Shown here piece after piece: positions 25,220-36,678 of a DNA stretch of 64,000 nt (the first letter of the stretch is position 1; each line of letters opens with the position of its first letter). The position numbers were made by a program, and so were the translations under genes. Under the pieces are notes generated by a model. It searched no databases and was not told the DNA's origin. It saw only the letters and a program-made list of their open reading frames with translations. Origin of the DNA: Macrostomum lignano (taxonomy: Eukaryota); contig NIVC01000655.1 of NCBI GenBank assembly GCA_002269645.1, positions 62,001 through 126,000 of the forward strand, read 5' to 3'.

Positions 25220-26371
25220 TCAAATCGTGCATGTTAGAACGGGCAGCATTCTCAGGATGCACTCCGAATCGTCCAGCTTCATAGCGCCGTAGCTCAGGTG
25301 CATGAACCTGTGCACAGTGTAGGACGTGCTCGGCACGGCTCTGTTTTTGAAATTGGCGCACTTGATTTGACGACAATGCTCCTGCTTTAACTCGGACAGC
25401 CTCGCCATTCTGGCACTGTTGCCGCAGTTGGTTCTGAGCCATGAGCGAATGAAGTTTTCGTCCATGATGGGCTGGAACATCTCCGGCTCTGCTATCATCT
25501 CGTTGCACCAGTCGTCGGGTCGCTCAGCCTTTCTCATGGCCGCATATTTGTCGTAGAAGTTCTGCAGCATTCCCGGACCGGTCACGTGAATCGCCTGGTG
25601 AATGCCTCTGCGCTTCTTGGCCCAGTTGGCTTCGAACCAGGCCGGCCAGGTGTTGACCACGTAGTTTAAAAAACTGTGATTAGCCCGGCTCATCATAACG
25701 GCGTTGGAGATCAAGCTGGGCCGATTAAAGATGAAAGCGGCGTGCTCAGGTGGCTCCTGGCTCCACAGGGCCGTACGACAATTCCCGACGCTGCTAGACG
25801 CGGCGGTTGAGTTGTCACCTCGGCTCTCGCTGTTGGGCATCAGCAGCGGAGACAGGTCTCGCCGGAGCTCAACGTCCAGATCGACGTACATGCCGCCAAC
25901 GTGGTGCAGCACAACCAGGCGCCCGATGTCAGACCGCTCCAAACCGTTGGATAGTTTTGCGTAGCTCTTTCTCAACTGCGGGTAGTGCTTCTCCACTAGC
26001 CGAGAGATCTGGTAGTCGTCCCAGTGCATATAGTACCACTTTATGGAGGAATTCTTGTTCAGAAGTTGCCACGACTGTACAATGTTGATGAGTTTTTTGT
26101 GAACTCGGCCATCCTTTGTAGTCCAGTGCACTATAGGCGGCATAGAGTCAGGAAACCGGTGCTGCACTTCGCCGCACTTCATTCCTTTCACTAGCGGCTG
26201 AACCGGTCCCTTTGTTGGCTTGGTGCTCAACCCTTGCGGTACTCTAAATGCGGTGGTTGGGCCTACGCGATTCTGACGAGCCTCTGGCGTTTGATTTGAA
26301 TTAAAACCGCTGTGCAACAGCAGCAGGACTAGCGTGAAGAAGGCCGTCAGCAGGAGCAGCTTGGGAACCAT
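25220..26371 (-). CDS. Glycosyltransferase family 32 (DXD, Och1/Sur1-like), type II membrane protein, 383 aa, single coding exon
   Basis: N-terminal hydrophobic anchor; IVHWTTK, LERSDIGRLVVLHHVGGMYVDLDVE (DXD), SNAVMMS..NHSF and VTGPGML motifs. Acceptor AG ends 5 nt upstream of the ATG; candidate 5'UTR donor GTAAGA at 27221. Confidence 0.88.
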   Translation of the reverse strand: MVPKLLLLTAFFTLVLLLLHSGFNSNQTPEARQNRVGPTTAFRVPQGLSTKPTKGPVQPLVKGMKCGEVQHRFPDSMPPIVHWTTKDGRVHKKLINIVQSWQLLNKNSSIKWYYMHWDDYQISRLVEKHYPQLRKSYAKLSNGLERSDIGRLVVLHHVGGMYVDLDVELRRDLSPLLMPNSESRGDNSTAASSSVGNCRTALWSQEPPEHAAFIFNRPSLISNAVMMSRANHSFLNYVVNTWPAWFEANWAKKRRGIHQAIHVTGPGMLQNFYDKYAAMRKAERPDDWCNEMIAEPEMFQPIMDENFIRSWLRTNCGNSARMARLSELKQEHCRQIKCANFKNRAVPSTSYTVHRFMHLSYGAMKLDDSECILRMLPVLTCTI

Positions 26372-26437
26372 TTGGGCTAAAAGTTTGTTGGTAGATTGGT
26401 TAGTTTTCTCCCAGCTTTTTAGGGAGTTGTCACATAC

Positions 26438-27148
26438 TGGATGGAGTTGTCACCTACTGGATGGAGTTGTCACCTACTGGATGGAGTTGTCACCTACTGG
26501 ATGGAGTTGTCACCTACTGGATGGAGTTGTCACCTACTGGATGGAGTTGTCACCTACTGGATGGAGTTGTCACCTACTGGATGGAGTTGTCACCCTACTG
26601 CAGGATGGAGTTGTCACCCTATTGCCTACTGCAGGATGGAGTTGTCACCCTATTGCCTACTGCAGGATGGAGTTGTCACCCTATTGCCTACTGCAGGATG
26701 GAGTTGTCACCCTATTGCCTACTGCAGGATGGAGTTGTCACCCTATTGCCTACTGCAGGATGGAGTTGTCACCCTATTGCCTACTGCAGGATGGAGTTGT
26801 CACCCTATTGCCTACTGCAGGATGGAGTTGTCACCCTATTGCCTACTGCAGGATGGAGTTGTCACCTACTGGATGGAGTTGTCACCTACTGGATGGAGTT
26901 GTCACCTACTGGATGGAGTTGTCACCTACTGGATGGAGTTGTCACCTACTGGATGGAGTTGTCACCTACTGGATGGAGTTGTCACCTACTGGATGGAGTT
27001 GTCACCTACTGGATGGAGTTGTCACCTACTGGATGGAGTTGTCACCTACTGGATGGAGTTGTCACCTACTGGATGGAGTTGTCACCTACTGGATGGAGTT
27101 GTCACCTACTGGATGGAGTTGTCACCTACTGGATGGAGTTGTCACCCT
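26438..27148. repeat. 20-bp minisatellite GGATGGAGTTGTCACCTACT with a central block of 31-bp variant units
   Basis: 20-mers, then TGCAGGATGGAGTTGTCACCCTATTGCCTAC units, then 20-mers again. Confidence 0.95.
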
Positions 27149-27883
27149 ACACTGAATGGTGCTATCACCCTGCTTATGGTTTCCTTAATAAATAACGGAA
27201 TCATATAAATATGCTTCTTACTTGTCCACTCCAGACAGTTGGTCAAATGCTGCTCTTTGTGACCATTTTTCGCTGACACCGGAAGAACGGTGCAGCAGCT
27301 ACCTAACCTGAGTTTGGACACTGCCCAACTCAACATGCCGCGAGTTTGCGGTTAGTTGAAAATCGACTGCTCTATATATTTACACTACGGATATAGACTT
27401 GCTTTTGCAGTGCGGAAACACTTAGCTCAATGCATAGAATGAACAACTCGTACAATGTGATGCTATTTTATAGTGGCCAGTTTTGCGCATCCATCCAAGT
27501 GCTTTACCTCTCACTCCCTGAGCTATTCTGAGTGGCAGAGAGAGAGAGAGAGGGGGGAGGTCTAACAGAGGTCAGACCCGACTATGAGTAGCTCCTATAG
27601 CAAAACACTTATTGTCTACTGCGGGAGCAGGATAGAATGAGTCAGTTTGTTAAACACATGAAAATACCCGGCCACACTACCCACACGAGCAGAGTGCAAT
27701 GTACAGGTACGCTAGCTTGTAAAGGCGAGTAGTGTACAACAGTGAGGTGGGCCGGTTCGAGTTTTGCACGAGCTCTGCGAATGCTGTTTTTTTGAAAGGT
27801 AAAATAGCTACCAATATACTCAGTGTAAGAGTGCGCGGCCAGGTAAGATGGTCGCTGTTTAGATGCAGCAACTGCATTCTTCT

Positions 27884-30800
27884 AGACGGGAGAATCTGGA
27901 CAGGAGAGTCTGGACAGGAGAGTCTGGGCGGTGGAGAATATGGAAGGGAAATCTGGGCGGAAGAATCTGGACGGGAGAATCTGGACGGGAGAATCTGGAC
28001 GGGAGAATCTGGACGGGAGAATCTGGACAGGAGAATCTGGACAGGAGAATCTGGACGGAAGAATCTGGACGGGAGAATCTTGGCGGGAGAATCTGGACGG
28101 GAGAGTCTTGGCGGGAGAATCTGGGCGAGAGAATCTGGACGGGAGAATCTGGACGGGAGAATCTGGACGGGAGAATCTGGACGGGAGAATCTGGACGGGA
28201 GAATCTGGACGGGAGAATCTGGACGGGAGAATCTGGACGGGAGAATCTGGACGGGAGAATCTGGACAGGAGAATCTGGACGGGAGAATCTGGACGGGAGA
28301 ATCTGGACGGGAGAATCTGGACGGGAGAATCTGGACGGGAGAATCTGGACGGGAGAATCTGGACGGGAGAATCTGGACGGGAGAATCTGGACGGGAGAAT
28401 CTGGACGGGAGAATCTGGACGGGAGAATCTGGACGGGAGAATCTGGACAGGAGAATCTGGACGGGAGAATCTGGACGGGAGAATCTGGACGGGAGAATCT
28501 GGACGGGAGAATCTGGACGGGAGAATCTTGGCGGGAGAGTCTTGGCGGTAGAGCCTTGGCGGGAGAATCTGGACGGGAGAATCTGGACGGGAGAATCTGG
28601 ACGGGAGAATCTGGACGGGAGAATCTGGACAGGAGAATCTGGACAGGAGAATCTGGACGGGAGAATCTGGACGGGAGAATCTGGACGGGAGAATCTGGAC
28701 GGGAGAATCTGGACGGGAGAATCTGGACGGGAGAATCTGGACGGGAGAATCTTGGCGGGAGAGTCTTGGCGGGAGAGTCTTGGCGGGAGAGCCTTGGCGG
28801 GAGAATCTGGACGGGAGAATCTGGACGGGAGAATCTGGACGGGAGAATCTGGACAGGAGAATCTGGACGGGAGAATCTGGACGGGAGAATCTGGACGGGA
28901 GAATCTGGACGGGAGAATCTGGACGGGAGAATCTGGACGGGAGAATCTGGACGGGAGAATCTTGGCGGGAGAGTCTTGGCGGGAGAGCCTTGGCGGGAGA
29001 ATCTGGACGGGAGAATCTGGACGGGAGAATCTGGACGGGAGAATCTGGACGGGAGAATCTGGACGGGAGAATCTGGACGGAAGAATCTGGACGGGAGAAT
29101 CTGGAGGGAGAATCTGGACGGGAGAATCTGGACGGGAGAATCTGGACGGGAGAATCTGGACGGGAGAGTCTTGGCGGGAGAATCTGGACGGGAGAATCTG
29201 GACGGGAGAATCTGGACGGGAGAATCTGGACGGGAGAATCTGGACGGGAGAATCTGGACGGGAGAATCTGGACGGGAGAGTCTTGGCGGGAGAATCTGGA
29301 CGGGAGAATCTTGGCGGGAGAATCTGGGCGAGAGAATCTGGACGGGAGAATCTGGACGGGAGAATCTGGACGGGAGAATCTGGACGGGAGAATCTGGACG
29401 GGAGAATCTGGACAGGAGAATCTGGACGGGAGAATCTGGACGGGAGAATCTGGACGGGAGAATCTGGACGGGAGAATCTGGACGGGAGAATCTGGACGGG
29501 AGAATCTGGACAGGAGAATCTGGACGGGAGAATCTGGACGGGAGAATCTGGACGGGAGAATCTGGACGGGAGAATCTGGACGGGAGAATCTGGACGGGAG
29601 AATCTGGACGGGAGAATCTGGACGGGAGAATCTTGGCGGGAGAGTCTTGGCGGGAGAATCTGGGCGAGAGAATCTGGACGGGAGAATCTGGACGGGAGAA
29701 TCTGGACGGGAGAATCTGGACGGGAGAATCTGGACGGGAGAATCTGGACGGGAGAATCTGGACGGGAGAATCTGGACGGGAGAATCTGGACGGGAGAATC
29801 TGGACGGGAGAATCTGGACAGGAGAATCTGGACGGGAGAATCTGGACGGGAGAATCTGGACGGGAGAATCTGGACGGGAGAATCTGGACGGGAGAATCTT
29901 GGCGGGAGAGTCTTGGCGGGAGAGCCTTGGCGGGAGAATCTGGACGGGAGAATCTGGACGGGAGAATCTGGACGGGAGAATCTGGACGGGAGAATCTGGA
30001 CGGGAGAATCTGGACGGGAGAATCTGGACGGGAGAATCTGGACGGGAGAATCTGGACGGGAGAATCTGGACGGGAGAATCTGGACAGGAGAATCTGGACG
30101 GGAGAATCTGGACGGGAGAATCTGGACGGGAGAATCTGGACGGGAGAATCTGGACGGGAGAATCTGGACGGGAGAATCTGGACGGGAGAATCTGGACGGG
30201 AGAATCTGGACGGGAGAATCTTGGCGGGAGAGTCTTGGCGGGAGAATCTGGGCGAGAGAATCTGGACGGGAGAATCTGGACGGGAGAATCTGGACGGGAG
30301 AATCTGGACGGGAGAATCTGGACGGGAGAATCTGGACGGGAGAATCTGGACGGGAGAATCTGGACGGGAGAATCTGGACGGGAGAATCTGGACGGGAGAA
30401 TCTGGACGGGAGAATCTGGACGGGAGAATCTGGACGGGAGAATCTGGACGGGAGAATCTGGACGGGAGAATCTGGACGGGAGAATCTTGGCGGGAGAGTC
30501 TTGGCGGGAGAGCCTTGGCGGGAATCTGGACGGGAGAATCTGGACGGGAGAATCTGGACGGGAGAATCTGGACGGGAGAATCTGGACGGGAGAATCTGGA
30601 CAGGAGAATCTGGACGGGAGAATCTGGACGGGAGAATCTGGACGGGAGAATCTGGACAGGAGAATCTGGACGGGAGAATCTGGACGGGAGAATCTGGACG
30701 GGAGAATCTGGACGGGAGAATCTGGACAGGAGAATCTGGACGGGAGAATCTGGACGGGAGAATCTGGACGGGAGAATCTGGACGGGAGAATCTGGACGGG

Positions 30801-31331
30801 AGAATCTGGACGGGAGAATCTGGACGGGAGAATCTGGACGGGAGAATCTGGACGGGAGAATCTGGACGGGAGAATCTGGACGGGAGAATCTGGACGGGAG
30901 AATCTGGACGGGAGAATCTTGGCGGGAGAATCTTGGCGGGAGAATCTGGACGGGAGAATCTGGACGGGAGAATCTGGACGGGAGAATCTGGACGGGAGAA
31001 TCTGGACGGGAGAATCTGGACGGGAGAATCTGGACGGAGAATCTGGACGGAGAATCTGGACGGGAGAATCTGGACGGGAGAATCTGGACGGGAGAATCTG
31101 GACGGGAGAATCTGGACGGGAGAATCTGGACGGGAGAATCTGGACGGGAGAATCTGGACGGGAGAATCTGGACGGGAGAATCTGGACGGGAGAATCTGGA
31201 CGGGAGAATCTGGACGGGAGAATCTGGACGGGAGAATCTGGACGGGAGAGTCTTGGCGGGAGAATCTGGACGGGAGAATCTGGACGGGAGAATCTGGACG
31301 GGAGAATCTGGACGGGAGAATCTGGACGGGA
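27884..31331. repeat. 14-bp minisatellite CTGGACGGGAGAAT (array 2, about 3.4 kb)
   Basis: Same unit and orientation as 20117-20845; source of the 850-1250 aa spurious ORFs. Confidence 0.98.
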
Positions 31332-31811
31332 GTGTTGATGCAGGAGAATTGAAAAATCTCATTTCTGATGGCTAGAGAGTCGAAGGCAAACCAAGGAATT
31401 GAAATATTCTCTTCTCGGTATATTCTCATGGTTCTAATTTTGGAAACAGTTTAGGCGTCAGAAAAATATTTTTACAACGTGCTCCGAAACTGCTGCATCG
31501 CGTGAGCAACCCTCCACGTCTCTTAACTCGACGTGCTGTCGGCCAACTATTGTTCTCCAACATTATTTGAGCAAGGCAAACTCACGCACGCCCTTGGTTG
31601 GTGGCCTTTTTTTAACAAAAAAGTTTTCGTTTTATTACTCATACCAGATTAATCCAGCCTGCTGTTAGAGAGAGTGCGCAGTTCATTTACTCGTTAATAG
31701 AGCCGACACTGTCTAAAATCGGTTGAATCCAATTCAAGACATGCACATTAGATCTGCTGGATTAAGGCAGAAAAGTCAGCTCATATTGTCCCAAGCTGTA
31801 TTTTTTAATTA

Positions 31812-33317
31812 TAAAACTATAGACACAATTTACATGTTTCTGACTTCAAAACCAGACACAATCTAACATTATCTGCCCCCCCCCCAAAACCATAGACACA
31901 ATCTATCATTGTCTGCCCCCCCCCCAAAAACCATAGACACAATCTATCATTGTCTGCCCCCCCCCAAAACCATAGACACAATCTATCATTGTCTGCCCCC
32001 CCCCAAAAACCATAGACACAATCTATCATTGTCTGCCCCCCCCCAAAACCATAGACACAATCTATCATTGTCTGCCCCCCCCCCAAACCATAGGCACAAT
32101 CTATCATTGTCTGCCTCCCAAAACCATAGGCACAATCTATCATTGTCTGCCTCCCAAAACCATAGGCACAATCTATCATTGTCTGCCTCCCAAAACCATA
32201 GACACAATCTATCATTGTCTGCCCCCCCCCCAAAACCATAGACACAATCTACCATTTTCTGCCCCCCCCCAAAACCATAGACACAATCTATCATTGTCTG
32301 CCCCCCCCAAAACCATAGACACAATCTATCATTGTCTGCCCCCCCCAAACCATAGACACAATCTACCATTTTCTGCCCCCCCCCAAAACCATAGACGCAA
32401 TCTATCATTGTCTGCCCCCCCCCCAAAACCATAGACACAATCTATCATTGTCTGCCCCCCCCCAAAACCATAGACACAATCTATCATTGTCTGCCCCCCC
32501 CCAAAACCATAGGCACAATCTATCATTGTCTGCCTCCCAAAACCATAGACACAATCTATCATTGTCTGCCCCCCCCCAAAACCATAGACACAATCTACCA
32601 TTGTCTGCCCCCCCTAAAACCATAGGCACAATCTATCATTGTCTGCCTCCCAAAACCATAAACACAATCTATCATTGTCTGCCCCCCCCCCAAAACCATA
32701 GACACAATCTACCATTGTCTGCCCCCCCTAAAACCATAGACACAATCTATCATTGTCTGCCCCCCCCCAAAGCCATAGACACAATCTACCATAGCCTAGC
32801 CTCAAAGCCATAGACACAATCTACCATTGCCTAGCCTCAAAGCCATAGACAAAATCTACCATTGCCTAGCCTCAAAGCCATAGACACAATCTACCATTGC
32901 CTAGCTTCAAAGCCATAGACACAATCTACCATTGCCTAGCCTCAAAGCCATAGACACAATCTACCATTGCCTAGCTTCAAAGCCATAGACACAATCTACC
33001 ATTGCCTAGCCTCAAAGCCATAGACACAATCTACCATTGCCTAGCTTCAAAGCCATAGACACAATCTACCATTGCCTAGCTTCAAAGCCATAGACACAAT
33101 CTACCATTGCCTAGCCTCAAAGCCATAGACACAATCTACCATTGCCTAGCTTCAAAGCCATAGACACAATCTACCATTGCCTAGCTTCAAAGCCATAGAC
33201 ACAATCTACCATTGCCTAGCCTCAAAGCCATAGACACAATCTACCATTGCCTAGCTTCAAAGCCATAGACACAATCTACCATTGCCTAGCTTCAAAGCCA
33301 TAGACACAATCTACCAC
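31812..33317. repeat. Composite minisatellite: ~37-40-bp poly-C units followed by 33-bp units
   Basis: AAAACCATAGACACAATCTATCATTGTCTGCC(C)n switches near 32770 to CTCAAAGCCATAGACACAATCTACCATTGCCTAG, sharing the CCATAGACACAATCTA core. Confidence 0.93.
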
Positions 33318-33739
33318 TGTCTGACTCGAAAGTTAATCGAAACGCGTGAAAAGTCGAAGCTCGGTGAGAAACGGAATTTTCACTGAACTTGCCTTGTCAA
33401 AGTGAGCCACGCCTAGATCAATGTCACCTACTAATCGCTCAAATCTTTGAACTATGGATATCAAACAGATGATGTCTTTGTGAAATCTAATCCACCATCT
33501 CATGTTTGAGTTGGCTCAAAGAATATTGCTGACATCTGACTTGACAAAGCAACTCGTAATTGACGTTTACCTTGCGAAACCCTCTACGAAAAAAGGGTAT
33601 AAAATCGGAAGCAAAAACTACGAAAGCTGACAACAGTCTAGAGTTCGAGTTGGAAATCTGCAATTGCGGTGGCCAGATCAGCGTAAGTCTTTGTTATTTT
33701 AAATGATTTTTTGCTATATTTGTGTTCATGTTCATAAAA

Positions 33740-34112
33740 ATGGCACCCAAAGTTAGAAAAACGGCGGCTCCAGTTTAAAAATGGCTGCCTCGGTGTAAAA
33801 ATGGCAGCTCCAGTTAAAAATGGCAGCCCCAGTTTAAAAATGGCAGCCCCAGTTTAAAAATGGCAGCCCCGGTTTAAAAATGGCAGCCCCGGTTTAAAAA
33901 TGGCAGCCCCAGTTTAAAAATGGCAGCCCCGGTTTAAAAATGGCAGCCCCGGTTTAAAAATGGCAGCCCCGGTTTAAAAATGGCAGCCCCGGTTTAAAAA
34001 TGGCAGCCTCGGTGTAAAAATGGCAGCTCCAGTTAAAAATGGCAGCCCCGGTTTAAAAATGGCACTCGCAATTTAAAATTTGCATTTCACTTTTTAAAAA
34101 TGGCAGCCCCAA
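33740..34112. repeat. 21-bp minisatellite AAAAATGGCAGCCCCGGTTTA just upstream of the GPCR
   Basis: Direct reading of tandem units. Confidence 0.93.
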
Positions 34113-34160
34113 TTTGAATCAGCAACAGTCTCACCATTTCAGGAAACTGGGCAGTGCAGG

Positions 34161-35243
34161 ATGGATCTGAAGACGCAGTTCACCATCGCCCAGACAGTTG
34201 GCCAAGGCCTGGGCATTGTGCTCAATCTCATATTCGTGAGATTCACCGTTAAAGAGAAGATTGGCACCAGCTCAACAACAATTTTACTGCGCAGCCAATC
34301 AATGATTGACACCTGGGTAATGATATTTAATTTGCTATTCCTGCAGTACTTCGGCAAGATGCCGGAGCCGAGTCAGGACAGCTCGGACGCGATGTGGTAT
34401 TTCTATTGCTACGTGCCCTTCAGCCAGATCCTGTACTGGAGCTTCGTGTGCATGAGTGTCTACAACCTGGTGATGGTGTCGGCTGAGCGCTGCCTCTGCC
34501 TGTGCGCTCCGTTCTGGTACCGCGAGCATAAGACAGGCATTCTGCGCACCTGTCTAGCGGTTATCATCGCGTCCGCCTTCTTTGTTGAGTTTCCCTACTG
34601 CATCATTATTAACAAGTACGTGAAGGAGGCTGCAGTGCTAGAGGTGAATTCTACAGCCGGCAATGCCTCGGCGAATGCTATTGTCAAGCGCTGCGTCTTC
34701 GGCGACGCACCTGTGAGTATGAAGAGCGCCTTCGGCATTGCCTACGTGATTCTATTCTGGATGCTGCCGTTCTTCATCATGCTGCTGCTCTACAGCCTCA
34801 TCTTGTTGAGAATTCGAGCTTCGTTAAGCCTCAACGCAAAGTCTAGCAGCGCCGAGGGTAATAAAATCGGTTCAGCTGCCCTGCGACTTACCTTCATCAC
34901 TGCCATAACCTCGTGCGCGTTCGTTTTACTGTTTGCCATGGACAGCATCAACTATTTGAAATTCAATCTGGGCATCGATGAGAGTCGCATTGAACTGCTG
35001 GAGCATCTGGACTCGTTTATGGTCAGCATGAATAGCGCCGTCAATCCGTTTATTTACCTCATCTTCATGCCGCAGTTTCGCAGATTCGTGTTCGGCAGCT
35101 GCGGCGACAGCGGCGGGCCGGCCGCGGCAACGACCAGCCAGACTGAGTCCGTGTCCGCCGCCGCTGTCCCCAGGACTGGGCGGCTGGCCGAGATGAAGCG
35201 GCCTGCAGCTGCGGACCAGGGCGCTGCTGATGTTGGAAACTAG
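34161..35243 (+). CDS. Class A (rhodopsin-like) GPCR, orphan peptide-receptor type, 360 aa, single coding exon
   Basis: Seven hydrophobic segments; TM3 end NLVMVSAERCLCLCAPFWY (ERC at the DRY position), TM5 FWMLPFF, TM7 SAVNPFIY; very short N-terminus. Confidence 0.95.
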   Translation: MDLKTQFTIAQTVGQGLGIVLNLIFVRFTVKEKIGTSSTTILLRSQSMIDTWVMIFNLLFLQYFGKMPEPSQDSSDAMWYFYCYVPFSQILYWSFVCMSVYNLVMVSAERCLCLCAPFWYREHKTGILRTCLAVIIASAFFVEFPYCIIINKYVKEAAVLEVNSTAGNASANAIVKRCVFGDAPVSMKSAFGIAYVILFWMLPFFIMLLLYSLILLRIRASLSLNAKSSSAEGNKIGSAALRLTFITAITSCAFVLLFAMDSINYLKFNLGIDESRIELLEHLDSFMVSMNSAVNPFIYLIFMPQFRRFVFGSCGDSGGPAAATTSQTESVSAAAVPRTGRLAEMKRPAAADQGAADVGN

Positions 35244-35274
35244 TGGACAAGATCGGACTGTCAGCTGATGCTGC

Positions 35275-35363
<89 letters not shown>

Positions 35364-35403
35364 GTCTATCTCTGTCCGTCTATCTGTCTGTCTGCCTGCC
35401 TGC

Positions 35404-35468
<65 letters not shown>

Positions 35469-35470
35469 GA

Positions 35471-35544
<74 letters not shown>

Positions 35545-35556
35545 GATCTGTCTGTG

Positions 35557-35617
<61 letters not shown>

Positions 35618-35655
35618 GCCTGTCTGTCTGTCTGTCTGCCTGCCTGCCTGCCTGT
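35275..35655. repeat. (TCTG)n microsatellite
   Basis: Direct reading. Confidence 0.98.
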
Positions 35656-36345
35656 CTCTTTCAGTGACTGTCTATCAATCATTTCTCTTTGCTTTCAGAA
35701 GCAGCGAAGCAAGCAGCTGACTGATCTGATCTGATAAATTTCTGACAAATTTAAGAAAACTCTATTTTTACTACTCGCATCGCACGAGTAGCTGTAGTAG
35801 TACTAGCAGTAGATTAGTCATGCGCAGTGCGCCATAAAAAAACTGACGCAAGCCAAGAGACACAGCGTTTTCAAGCGCCCCGCATAAAGAAGGGATTCGC
35901 TTTGGTTGAAAATTTATTTCAAAATTTCCACCGACTATAACAAAAACTTAATAAGATGAATAATAGTGTGTTGTCACGCAAGTTTGAGTGCTTCATAAGT
36001 CTAGTTTTTTTATAACCGGCATTTTCAGCCATATTGAGAACGATTGTGCAATTGCACACTACTTGATAAATAAGTAGGCACTATGCAAATTAATGCCGGA
36101 ATTTAATCCAGCAGCAGCAAGAAACGATTAAACAAAACTTGATTGCATAAAGCATGGAATTGAATCAGCCAGAGACGGGTGCAAGAAGTTGTAGAAAAAA
36201 ACGGAAATGAAAAATAAATGAAAACAGGTAAATAATCGGAATTGTTGTTGATGCTATGAAGTTAAATATATAGTTTTTCCACTGTTACACGGACAAACGA
36301 GTTAGTGCATGGGAATGAAACAATAGATTTTGAACCTGATTTCTT

Positions 36346-36606
36346 TTAATCACTAGGAGGCACGGGTACAGGCTGCAGGTCCTGGTTGCCAACCGCTGTC
36401 AGGTGATAAATATTGGCGGCAGGATAAGGGGGCGCCTGCATGTGCTCCTGCAGCATGCTGATTGGCGCTAGCGACCCTTTCGGTAAGCCGACGCCAACGC
36501 CGACGCCGCCTCCACCGCCGCCTCCGCTGTTGCCACTGCTGGTCGCCTTACTTTTCCGTTTGCGCTTCTGGATGCCCTCCTTTTTCATTGTCAGCGGCCG
36601 CTGGAT
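36346..36606 (-). CDS. GATA4/5/6: GATA4/5/6-type factor A: last exon with the basic tail
   Basis: Acceptor CCGCCAG| then IQRPLTMKKEGIQKRKRKSK; RKRK-type tail typical of GATA456; stop at 36346. Confidence 0.92.
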   Translation of the reverse strand: MQRPLTMKKEGIQKRKRKSKATSSGNSGGGGGGGVGVGVGLPKGSLAPISMLQEHMQAPPYPAANIYHLTAVGNQDLQPVPVPPSD

Positions 36607-36678
36607 CTGGCGGGGGGTTTGGGAGGATTGAAAATTCACTGGGTAACCGGCTGTAGGTAACTTCAGTGTCGGCATAAT

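Noticed and set aside
27677-31429. 850-1250 aa ORFs on both strands (also 20056-21032)
   Set aside because: They are translations of a stop-free 14-bp satellite and are open in several frames at once.
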